Both the position numbers and the translations under genes were made by a program. Shown here in pieces: positions 29,409 through 37,638 of a DNA stretch of 64,000 nt. The DNA is from an uncultured delta proteobacterium (GTDB lineage: Bacteria; Desulfobacterota; Syntrophia; Syntrophales; UBA2185): positions 192,001 to 256,000 of the forward strand of contig CAVSPA010000007.1 of assembly GCA_963729715.1 (NCBI GenBank), read 5' to 3'. Under the pieces are notes generated by a model that was not told the DNA's origin, searched no databases, and worked only from the letters and a program-made list of their open reading frames with translations. The stretch's first letter is position 1. Each line of letters starts with the position of its first letter.

Positions 29409-30698
29409 ATGGACTGGAAACAAATATATAAAAGCAAACTTGTATCTATCGAAGAGGCAGCCGCCAAGATTGGATCAGGAGACAGAATCTGGATGTCTCC
29501 ATGTTCGGGAGCGCCCATACAGATAGCGGAAGCCCTTGCTGATCGTGTAAAAGAACTCAAGGATGTCCATGTCGTAACAGGCCTAGCATTACATCCCTTC
29601 AAAATCCTCAAATCATCTGAGTATATCGGTCGTATCAATTTCCACACTATTTTTATGGGACCATATGAAAGGGCCTTCTTCAAAGTTGGTAACGTAAACG
29701 TCAACTCAGTTAATTTTTCCAAGACGTATGTCGCCATGAGGGACTATTATAAAATCAATGTCCTTCTCGCCGATGTTTCGCCTCCCGACGACGAGGGTTA
29801 TCTGTATTATGGTGCAATGGGGGTCGGTTGGAATGGAACCGCCGCCGATCTGGCGGAAAAAATTATTGTACAGGTAAATAAGCATCAACCAAGGGTCCGG
29901 GGATTCGAACACAGAGTTCATGTCAGCAAGGTAAGCCACATCTGTGAATTCGACCACGCATTGCCGCCACTTCCGCAACCGGAGCCCACTGAGATTGACA
30001 AGAAAATAGCGGAATTGCTTGCCGGACAGATTCCGGACGGGGCGGCGATTCAAATCGGAGTCGGCGGGCTTTCCAATGCGATCGGTTACTATTTGACAGG
30101 CAAAAAAGATCTGTCCATCTACACCGAGATGTTTGTTGATTCGATGCTGGATCTGATCAAAAAGGGAATTGTCTCCGGTAAAATCGTGGCAGGTTTCGGC
30201 CTCGGCAGCAATGAACTTTACAATTTCATGGGAGATGGCAGGGTGGAACTGAGACCGGTCAGAATCATCAATGACACAAATGAAATCGGGAAAATTGACA
30301 ATCTTATTTCCATCAATGTGACATTGATGATTGATTTGACGGGACAGTCCTGTTCCGAATCGCTTGGATTTGCGCAGTATAGCTGCACCGGCGGCCAATC
30401 AGATTTTACAAGAGGCGCCGCGTTGTCGAAGGGAGGAAAAGGATTTCTTTGTCTGCCTTCAACAATACAGACGAAAGACGGAAAGAAGTCTTCGACAATC
30501 ACGGCGGTGCTGCCGCCGGGCGCTGTGGTCACTACGCAGAGGTCGGACGTCATGTATGTGGTTACGGAATATGGGATTGCGAATCTTTACTGTAAGCCGA
30601 TCGCGGCCCGGGTCAATGAACTAATTGCTATTGCCCATCCTGATTTTCGTGAGGGCTTAAGAAAACAGGCAATAGAAGCGGGGTTGATCAGGGCGTAA
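29409..30698 (+). CDS. Acetyl-CoA hydrolase/transferase (4-hydroxybutyrate CoA-transferase-like)
   Basis: IQIGVGG, TEM, DLTGQ, GGQSDF, VVTEYG and IAHPDFR motifs. Confidence 0.93.
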   Translation: MDWKQIYKSKLVSIEEAAAKIGSGDRIWMSPCSGAPIQIAEALADRVKELKDVHVVTGLALHPFKILKSSEYIGRINFHTIFMGPYERAFFKVGNVNVNSVNFSKTYVAMRDYYKINVLLADVSPPDDEGYLYYGAMGVGWNGTAADLAEKIIVQVNKHQPRVRGFEHRVHVSKVSHICEFDHALPPLPQPEPTEIDKKIAELLAGQIPDGAAIQIGVGGLSNAIGYYLTGKKDLSIYTEMFVDSMLDLIKKGIVSGKIVAGFGLGSNELYNFMGDGRVELRPVRIINDTNEIGKIDNLISINVTLMIDLTGQSCSESLGFAQYSCTGGQSDFTRGAALSKGGKGFLCLPSTIQTKDGKKSSTITAVLPPGAVVTTQRSDVMYVVTEYGIANLYCKPIAARVNELIAIAHPDFREGLRKQAIEAGLIRA

Positions 30699-30754
30699 GA
30701 GTTTTGTGCTGTGTCTGTCATGGCGACCTGAAAAGATAGACACATGGAAATAGT

Positions 30755-31372
30755 AAACTACCACCGACCTTGTCGGTGGCTTTCTTGAAGGACGACAACT
30801 CCTGACAATGTCATTCGCTGTCGTCCCTCCATAACCCAAGCTGCTCTTCTCGCATCTGATCTTCTACTTGCTCTTTAACATATTTCTGAATGGTGGCGCT
30901 GTCGATTCCCACAGTGCTCACAAAATAGCCCCCGGCCCATATATGCAGCCCCCAATACTTTTTGCACAATTCAGGAAAATCCCTACGCAGATACTCTGCA
31001 CTTTTTCCTTTGAGGATCTTCATTACATGGGCCGGAGAATATTTCGGAGGAACTGAAAGATACATATGCACGTGATCTGAACATATCGCTCCTTCTATAA
31101 TTGTGACGTCAAGCCAGTTGCATAACTCCACCAACAGCTCCTTTAATCTTGGCTTGATCTCTTTCACCAGCACCTGATAGCGGTATTTCGGAACCCAAAC
31201 GAAGTGATACTCACATCGGTAAATTGCATGAGATGATTTGTTGTATTCTTCCATACCCTTGCCTCCTATGGATACGTTACAACAAATCCTATCTGCTTAT
31301 CAACATTGTTGATGCGCTAAAGGTGTGGGGCCTCCGCCCCCACGCCCCACCACTGACTATGTCAGTGGTTTT
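30755..31372 (-). mobile_element. IS200/IS605-family element (tnpA only); ends approximate
   Basis: Subterminal hairpins CCACCGAC-CTT-GTCGGTGG (30761-30779) and ACCACTGAC-TAT-GTCAGTGGT (31349-31369) flank tnpA. Confidence 0.85.
30811..31254 (-). CDS. tnpA: IS200/IS605 Y1 transposase
   Basis: YHFVWVPKYR, DHVH (HUH), KGKS, GYFVSTVG and YVKEQ motifs. Confidence 0.96.
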   Translation of the reverse strand: MEEYNKSSHAIYRCEYHFVWVPKYRYQVLVKEIKPRLKELLVELCNWLDVTIIEGAICSDHVHMYLSVPPKYSPAHVMKILKGKSAEYLRRDFPELCKKYWGLHIWAGGYFVSTVGIDSATIQKYVKEQVEDQMREEQLGLWRDDSE

Positions 31373-31407
31373 GAGAGATAAATAAAGTTAACAGCAGAGG
31401 AGGATTT

Positions 31408-32313
31408 ATGAAAAGACCGTTCGAACATGTGGCCATCGTGGGCACGGGCCTTCTGGGCACGCAGATCGCAATGCTGTCGGCATATGCAGGTTACAAGGTT
31501 AGCGTATACGATACCAGGGAAGGCGCCTTCGATGACACATATGAAAGACTATTTGCGGATTTGAAGACAAAGGTTGCGAATCCCTTCATTCCCTGGGATG
31601 ATTGGGCGAAATGCAAAAGCAGGATCACCTTCACAACGAAAATTGCCGATGCCCTCAAGGTTGCCGACCTGGTAGTCGAAGCTGTAACGGAAGATGTTGA
31701 AATAAAGCGCAAGTTATTCAAGCTCATGAATGAAAACGCGCCTGCCAAGGCGATATTTGCCACAAACAGCTCATCTCTTCCTGTATCGCGGATGGAAGAG
31801 AGCAGCGGCAGGCCGGAGCGGTGCATAAACACCCATTTCTATCTGCCGCTCCAGGGAATGAACATGGCGGATCTCATGGCAGGGACAAAGACTCTTCCCG
31901 ATGTCATGCAGAGGGGTGAGGAATGGATTCGTTCTCTGGGTCTTGTGCCATTGAGGGTGAAGAAGGAGATTCTCGGTTTCTGCTTTAACAGCGTCTGGCG
32001 GGCAATTAAAAGGCAGACCCTGTATATGTGGGGGAATGGTTTTGTTGATTTCCGGGATATCGACCGCGCCTGGCAAATATTTTCGAAAATGAAGGTGGGG
32101 CCTTTCGGCCTCATGGATTCAGTTGGTCTGGATACGGTCTATAATATAGAGATGGTTTATTATAACGATTCGAAAGATCCAAAAGACAGGCCGCCTGATG
32201 CCCTTGTGGAGAAAATCAAAAAAGGCGAACTGGGTGTTAAGAGCGGAAAAGGATTTTATACGTATCCGAACCCGGAATTTCTCCAGCCGGATTTTCTGAA
32301 TCCGAAAAAATAA
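31408..32313 (+). CDS. 3-hydroxyacyl-CoA dehydrogenase family protein
   Basis: GTGLLG, EAVTE, TNSSS, GPFGLMD and GVKSGKGFY motifs. Confidence 0.92.
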   Translation: MKRPFEHVAIVGTGLLGTQIAMLSAYAGYKVSVYDTREGAFDDTYERLFADLKTKVANPFIPWDDWAKCKSRITFTTKIADALKVADLVVEAVTEDVEIKRKLFKLMNENAPAKAIFATNSSSLPVSRMEESSGRPERCINTHFYLPLQGMNMADLMAGTKTLPDVMQRGEEWIRSLGLVPLRVKKEILGFCFNSVWRAIKRQTLYMWGNGFVDFRDIDRAWQIFSKMKVGPFGLMDSVGLDTVYNIEMVYYNDSKDPKDRPPDALVEKIKKGELGVKSGKGFYTYPNPEFLQPDFLNPKK

Positions 32314-32335
32314 GACCGCTACAAGGAGAACGCAT

Positions 32336-33259
32336 ATGAAAGAGAAAGCCATCATAACGGCGGCCATAACAGGGAGCATTCACACCCCGACGATGTCTGA
32401 TCATCTTCCCATCACGCCTCAGCAGATCGTGGACGAGGCAGTGGGGGCATATGAGGCAGGCGCGGCCGTCTGCCATATACACGCCCGGAATCCTGAAACG
32501 GGAGTGCCTGTGCCGGACGTGACTCTCATAAAGGAGATCATCACGAAAATCAAGAGCCGATGCAACATAGTCGTCTGCATTACAACGGGCGGGGGGCTGG
32601 GTATGACGACGGAACAGCGCGTCGCACCGGTGACCCTTTACAAGCCGGAACTTGCATCATTCAACGCCGGCTCCATCAACTTCGCTCTTTTCCCGGTTAT
32701 CCCGAGATTCAAGGAGTGGAAGTTTGAATGGGAGAAGCAGTATCTCGGCATGACGGAGGATTTCATCTTTGCCAATACCTTCAAGTCCATGAAAGAATAC
32801 TGCGCGAAGTTTAATGAGGCGGGGACGAAGCCCGAATTTGAGATCTATGATTCCGGCATGGTAAACAATGTGGCCTTTATGATTCAGGCGGGGTATATTA
32901 AAAAGCCCGTTTATATACAGTTCGTCATGGGCGTCCTGGGCGGCATCACGCCGAGCCCGGAAAATCTCATGTTCCTTGTCGACTATGCGAACAAGATGAT
33001 CGGGGATTTCGAGTTTTCCGTATGCGTTGCAGGACGTGCCCAGTTCCCCATCTGCACGCAGTCCCTACTCATAGGCGGGAATGTCCGTGTAGGTCTTGAG
33101 GACAACGTATATCTCGAAAAAGGCCGGATGGCGAAGAGTAATGCGGAGCAGGTTGCTAAGATCGCGCGCATAGCCCGTGAGCTTGGAATAGAACCAGCCA
33201 CACCCGATGAAGCAAGAAAGATCCTGCGTCTCAAAGGAATCGACAAGGTAAATTTCTGA
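32336..33259 (+). CDS. Beta-keto acid cleavage enzyme (BKACE/DUF849, Kce family)
   Basis: AAITG, HIHAR, TTGG, PEFEIYD and RVGLEDN motifs. Confidence 0.95.
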   Translation: MKEKAIITAAITGSIHTPTMSDHLPITPQQIVDEAVGAYEAGAAVCHIHARNPETGVPVPDVTLIKEIITKIKSRCNIVVCITTGGGLGMTTEQRVAPVTLYKPELASFNAGSINFALFPVIPRFKEWKFEWEKQYLGMTEDFIFANTFKSMKEYCAKFNEAGTKPEFEIYDSGMVNNVAFMIQAGYIKKPVYIQFVMGVLGGITPSPENLMFLVDYANKMIGDFEFSVCVAGRAQFPICTQSLLIGGNVRVGLEDNVYLEKGRMAKSNAEQVAKIARIARELGIEPATPDEARKILRLKGIDKVNF

Positions 33260-33269
33260 ATAACAACGT

Positions 33270-33302
33270 GCCCCCATCTTCAGGGTGGGGGCCTCCATTT
33301 TC
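33270..33302 (+). terminator. Putative intrinsic terminator of the catabolic operon
   Basis: GCCCCCATC-TTCAG-GGTGGGGGC hairpin. Confidence 0.5.
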
Positions 33303-33395
33303 CAACTCACCACTCATCCGTTACGAAAAGAATCTCTCATGCGATCCCGCTGGAATCGGGCGGCGGCGCAGGCTGCAACTTGTCGTCGAATTGCC

Positions 33396-33425
33396 TTGAC
33401 ATAGAAAGCCCTCATTTCTTATACT
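33396..33425 (+). promoter_or_regulatory. Sigma70-type promoter
   Basis: TTGACA-18 nt-TATACT. Confidence 0.55.
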
Positions 33426-33515
33426 CGATCCGACAAAGGGACATTATTCTTGGCCCCAGTCGGAAGGCCTGAGCCAACTAGTTAAAGCCGGGATCAAAAA
33501 CTTACCGAGGATATT

Positions 33516-34529
33516 ATGGAGAAGAAGGAATATCTGAAGACGCCGGTTGCACACATTGACATTAAATCATTCAGTACAGTTGATATCATCGATGCCATGA
33601 GAGGGATGTCCTTTTCGGCAAGAGACCTGGCCCAGGCCGCAGACATCTATGACAGGATGCTGAAAGATCAAGACTGCAGCATCATTCTCACCATAGCGGG
33701 AAGCACGAGCGCCGCGGGCTGCATGCAGGTGTATGCGGATCTCGTGAAGAACAACATGGTGGATGTGATCGTCGCCACGGGCGCCACGATTGTCGATATG
33801 GATTTTTTTGAGGCCCTCGGATTCAGGCACTACCAGGGCAGCCCCCACGTTGATGACCGGACCCTCAGAAAACTGTACATCGACAGGATATATGACACCT
33901 ATATCAACGAGGAGGATCTCCAGGTCTGCGACAAAACGATTACAGAAATAGCCGACGCACTGCCCCCCGGTTCATACTCGTCGCGGGAATTCATACGTGA
34001 GATGGGAAATTTTCTTACAAGAAAGGCCGCCAAACAGGATTCTCTGGTACAGGTCGCCTATGCAAATGACGTCCCCATCTTTTGCCCCGCCTTTTCCGAC
34101 AGCAGTGCCGGCTTCGGCCTTGCGCTGCACCAGCAGCGGCGTCCGAAAAAGCATCTTTCCATCGATGCGGTGAAGGATTTTCGTGAGCTCACCATGATAA
34201 AGGTGAAGGCCCAAACAACGGGACTCCTCATTATCGGCGGTGGCGTCCCAAAAAACTTTGCCCAGGACACGGTGATATGCGCCGAGATTCTGGGATTTGA
34301 TGCCCCCATGCACAAATATGCCGTGCAGATAACCGTGGCGGACGTGAGAGATGGAGCCTGTTCCAGCTCGACCTTGAAAGAAGCGACATCCTGGGGAAAA
34401 GTGGACATGGCCTGTGAGCAGATGGTCTTTGCCGAAGCGACCACCGCCTTGCCGCTCCTTGCAAGCTACGCCTACCACAAGGGGAACTGGAAGACGAGAA
34501 AGAAGCGGCAGTTTGCGAAGATGTTCTGA
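33516..34529 (+). CDS. Deoxyhypusine synthase-like protein (bacterial; probable homospermidine-type polyamine synthesis)
   Basis: IDRIYDT, FCPAFSDSSAG, GGGVPKNF and SSSTLKEATSWGK motifs. Confidence 0.92.
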   Translation: MEKKEYLKTPVAHIDIKSFSTVDIIDAMRGMSFSARDLAQAADIYDRMLKDQDCSIILTIAGSTSAAGCMQVYADLVKNNMVDVIVATGATIVDMDFFEALGFRHYQGSPHVDDRTLRKLYIDRIYDTYINEEDLQVCDKTITEIADALPPGSYSSREFIREMGNFLTRKAAKQDSLVQVAYANDVPIFCPAFSDSSAGFGLALHQQRRPKKHLSIDAVKDFRELTMIKVKAQTTGLLIIGGGVPKNFAQDTVICAEILGFDAPMHKYAVQITVADVRDGACSSSTLKEATSWGKVDMACEQMVFAEATTALPLLASYAYHKGNWKTRKKRQFAKMF

Positions 34530-34537
34530 AAAAAGAA

Positions 34538-34576
34538 ACAGGCCGCTTTTCGTCCGGTCCAATGAAAGCAGCCTGT
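34538..34576. terminator. Hairpin between the DHS-like gene and the displaced tRNA 3' end (likely bidirectional terminator)
   Basis: ACAGGCCGCTTT...AAAGCAGCCTGT with flanking A/T tracts. Confidence 0.55.
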
Positions 34577-34587
34577 CTTATTATGCC

Positions 34588-34611
34588 TGGTGGGGATGAG
34601 GGGGATCGAAC
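34588..34611 (-). repeat. att site (distal copy of the tRNA-Ala 3' end)
   Basis: TGGTGGGGATGAGGGGGATCGAAC matches 40369-40392 at 23/24. Confidence 0.9.
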
Positions 34612-34663
34612 AGATTTAATAACTGCTTATTATAACTCATTATTGATCTTATCAATTCTTGGA

Positions 34664-34686
34664 CATACCCCCAAAAATACCCCCGT
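34664..34686. repeat. Integrase arm-type binding repeats
   Basis: ATACCCCCAAAAATACCCCC, mirrored by GGGGGTA/TACCCC repeats at 40207-40266. Confidence 0.6.
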
Positions 34687-34754
34687 TTACTGGGTTCTTC
34701 TGATATCGACATTAGATTTTTTCATAAAATAAATCAAGATCAGAAATAAAAAAG

Positions 34755-36116
34755 TTTGGGGTATGCACTTGACTCAAGTGACCACAATATATTGTAGTGG
34801 CAAATAAGCGGTCCCCTCTTTAATCATTGCCCATTAATGATGCGCGATGCCTGGTCAGGCAAAGTTATCATCCTGCTTGTCCTGTCCTTCACCTGATAAA
34901 TCACAATCTTATTCATGTTCGCAAAATCTAATACAACGGCAAGCAGATCACCGTTGGGAGAGACAGCTTGAGACCATATCAGTGTTGCGTGGAGATGTGT
35001 GATGCGCCGATGGTTTCCATCCGATGAATATTGGAAGAATTGCCCCCAATCGGCCGATCCGTCTGGCTTATAACCTTGTGCCTCAAAAATAAGGACTGAA
35101 CCGTCGGCACTCAATGTTGGTCCGCAGGAATATTCAGACCCCGCAACATAGTCTTTAAACTTTTTTTCGTAGTCAGGCATGATAATATACGGTCTAAGCT
35201 CTTTTTCGTTTCCATGCATTACGTAGATTTGGTTCCCTTTGTACTTTGATTTAAGGTCTTTATACATCATTTCGGTAGCTGCAGGGAGAACACCTGTAAA
35301 AGTTCCTGTATAAGAGAAGGGGGTATCACCCCAAAAAATGAATGTCTTGTCATCCGGAAAATAATATGGCTTTGACATCTGGTAAAATTTGAATTGAGTC
35401 AGACGAGTTTCCAAACCGGTTTCCACATCCACCTCATAGACGTCATAATCCGCAACTGGCGTGAGTCCGCTTGTTCTCTTCTTGTCTGCACGGGCGAAGA
35501 TAATCTTCCTGCCGGAGTGGGAAAAAGAGGGATACACCTTAAATCCTGTTGTATTTGTGATTTTCCTTACGTTCTTTCCGTCTGGATCCATGACGGCTAT
35601 CTGCCAATAACCGGGCTCCTGTTCATGTCCAGTGTGTGGTATTATTTGGAAAACGATACGTTTCCCATCGAAAGAATATTGTGCATGGCTCCATTCTTCT
35701 CCAATTGGTGATCGATAGGCGCTTAGCTCAGCAGTCTCCAGATCATACACATGAATCATCCATGGCCTGCCACCATGGCCGCGGTCAAAGAGAATCTTTT
35801 TGCCGTCAGGCGAAAAACTTATTCCTCTTATAAAATCCTGCTTTCCCTTATCCATAGTCGCACATCCTATATGTGTTGGTAAAAATAAAAAAGTAACGAG
35901 AACGAAACATAAAAAGCACGGCCTTTTATCAATTGATTTTTTCCTTTTGACTTTTCTCATGCCGCCATCCTTTGGAATATGCCTTCTTCTCACAAATACG
36001 CTGCACCGGTTTCCTCAGTGGAAAATTGTCTTAAACTCATCAAGTGATTTGGGCTTCTGTTTCATATGCGACAATACTACATCTTGTAGTCACTGGAGTA
36101 AAGTGCATACCCCAAT
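34755..36116 (-). mobile_element. Non-autonomous IS1595-like cassette carrying a passenger gene
   Basis: 46-bp terminal IRs (38/46 identical), 8-bp TAAAAAAG duplication, decayed transposase-like N-terminus at 36065. Confidence 0.7.
34824..35960 (-). CDS. TolB-like (PD40) beta-propeller putative lipoprotein
   Basis: Repeated SPDGK/SFDGK/SHSGR/SADGS/SPNGD blades; hydrophobic signal ending IGC. Confidence 0.8.
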   Translation of the reverse strand: MRKVKRKKSIDKRPCFLCFVLVTFLFLPTHIGCATMDKGKQDFIRGISFSPDGKKILFDRGHGGRPWMIHVYDLETAELSAYRSPIGEEWSHAQYSFDGKRIVFQIIPHTGHEQEPGYWQIAVMDPDGKNVRKITNTTGFKVYPSFSHSGRKIIFARADKKRTSGLTPVADYDVYEVDVETGLETRLTQFKFYQMSKPYYFPDDKTFIFWGDTPFSYTGTFTGVLPAATEMMYKDLKSKYKGNQIYVMHGNEKELRPYIIMPDYEKKFKDYVAGSEYSCGPTLSADGSVLIFEAQGYKPDGSADWGQFFQYSSDGNHRRITHLHATLIWSQAVSPNGDLLAVVLDFANMNKIVIYQVKDRTSRMITLPDQASRIINGQ

Positions 36117-36270
36117 TAAAAAAGTATTAGTCCAGGGGAAGGGTCTTCCCCTGGGTAGTCGTGTAAGAGCAAGAAATGTTTTAGCGTGATCCAGTTTCAT
36201 CCTTGACAATATAACGTTTGTATAATACATGAATGTTCAATATTATAAAAGTACAAAAGTGAGGACTGCG

Positions 36271-36537
36271 ATGAGAAGGCTGAAACAATACGGGATACAA
36301 CTGGAAGAGCAAGTTATCGTGCGGATCGATAGACTGGCGAAGAAACTAAATCAGCCAAGAAGTCTGGTAATGAGAAATTTAGTATTAGGCGGACTGAAAG
36401 ACATGGAATTTCTTCATAAGACCGGGATTATTGACGCAGTGGTTTTTTCTGATAAGATAATGAACAAGGTTAAGAGCGCATTATTAAAGGGGAAACTTGT
36501 ATTAGATGAAAATGACGAACTGAAAATAGAAAAATGA
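36271..36537 (+). CDS. Ribbon-helix-helix (CopG-like) regulator
   Basis: YGIQLEEQVIVRIDRLAKKLNQPRSLVMRNLV pattern; GAGG RBS. Confidence 0.7.
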   Translation: MRRLKQYGIQLEEQVIVRIDRLAKKLNQPRSLVMRNLVLGGLKDMEFLHKTGIIDAVVFSDKIMNKVKSALLKGKLVLDENDELKIEK

Positions 36538-37280
36538 ATTAATATGCATTTTTTTCTTGACAGGTATAATGTATTGATATATAGGACTTTCAATATATCA
36601 TTTAACTTCACATTTATCATTTAACTACTCCCCGGCACAGCGGAACAACATGTTCGCCTAACGAAGAAATGAAGTTTTGCAGTTTATGATTTAACTACCT
36701 GGCGATAACGCTGCATGCCCGTAACCAGCAGTCAGATGCTTTCCCTAAAGATATGGCTGCCATGACATCCGGTGATAATTCATTTATTGCCTCAAGGGAA
36801 GTGCGTCCGGAATTTTTCATTCATGATAATTTTGGATGCTTGCAGTTGCGGGGAAGTGAAGGTCATTTTATTCCTTCATCCCGTTCGATGAATGTGCTCG
36901 ACCAGGCGTTTACGATCTCCACACGATCGCATGCTCCGGGAGCACGGCACATTAAAAATAATCTATTCACAAAACATTGTCACTGAAAGGACCCTTCCAG
37001 GGGAAAGCATTCTTGTTCCCTCTGAGGGGCAATTATCTTTCTCCTGGCCGATTGAACATTAACGAAGAAAGGAGAAAGAAAAATGGCTACACATTCTGCT
37101 TGGAAGAAAATCAGCGGAAAAGAACGAGAGAAGGTTTCAAGCCAGTTGAAGAAGCCTTCGAGGACATGAAAAAGCAAGATTGCATGATCATCGATGCAAT
37201 GGACATTAAAGATCTCACCAGTGTCATTCAATTTTAACATCTCAGAAACCTGAACAAACAAAAAAGTTAAACAGTACATC

Positions 37281-37507
37281 GTGAGGAGGATCATCCTCAC
37301 AGCGAGGCGGGATAGTGTGGAATCCCGATGAGCGCCTTTTATCATTTTAACTCGGATATCGTTTAACTTCGACGTGGCTGAACGAGAGTCACGAAACGGC
37401 GAAATCCGTTTCTTTGCTAACGCACGAAGGGCGGTACAAAGAGACGGATTTAAGGGTTGCTATTCACGTTGAGAAAACGACGGGGTCGTGGTCTCAGGAC
37501 GGCAATC
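37281..37507 (+). ncRNA. Candidate structured non-coding element upstream of the recombinase-alpA operon
   Basis: Five hairpins in ~230 nt; several stem mismatches are G-U compatible on the + strand. Confidence 0.5.
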
Positions 37508-37638
37508 AAACAACAAACCTCACATACATTTAACAATTTTTTCTTTCTCAGATTACAGGGTCTATAAGGCAGCAGCCATTCCTTTTGTTACGTATAGGAA
37601 AGGTTGTCAGTGGGACAACTATGCCTTGAGAGGTGCAC

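Noticed and set aside
34780..34798. NrdR box-like palindromes (CACAATATATTGT; also TACTACATCTTGT at 36075)
   Set aside because: They lie inside the cassette's inverted repeats and no ribonucleotide reductase gene is nearby.
34756..36115. Invertible phase-variation switch driven by the second recombinase
   Set aside because: The flanking 8-bp direct duplication and transposase-like remnants fit a transposon-derived cassette better; inversion is not fully excluded.
36203..36226. Perfect TTGACA and TATAAT upstream of the RHH gene
   Set aside because: The spacer is only 12 nt, so it was not called as a canonical promoter.
37325..37405. Hammerhead ribozyme (CCGATGAG...CGAAA)
   Set aside because: The core reads CCGAUGA rather than CUGANGA, and stem II does not close properly.
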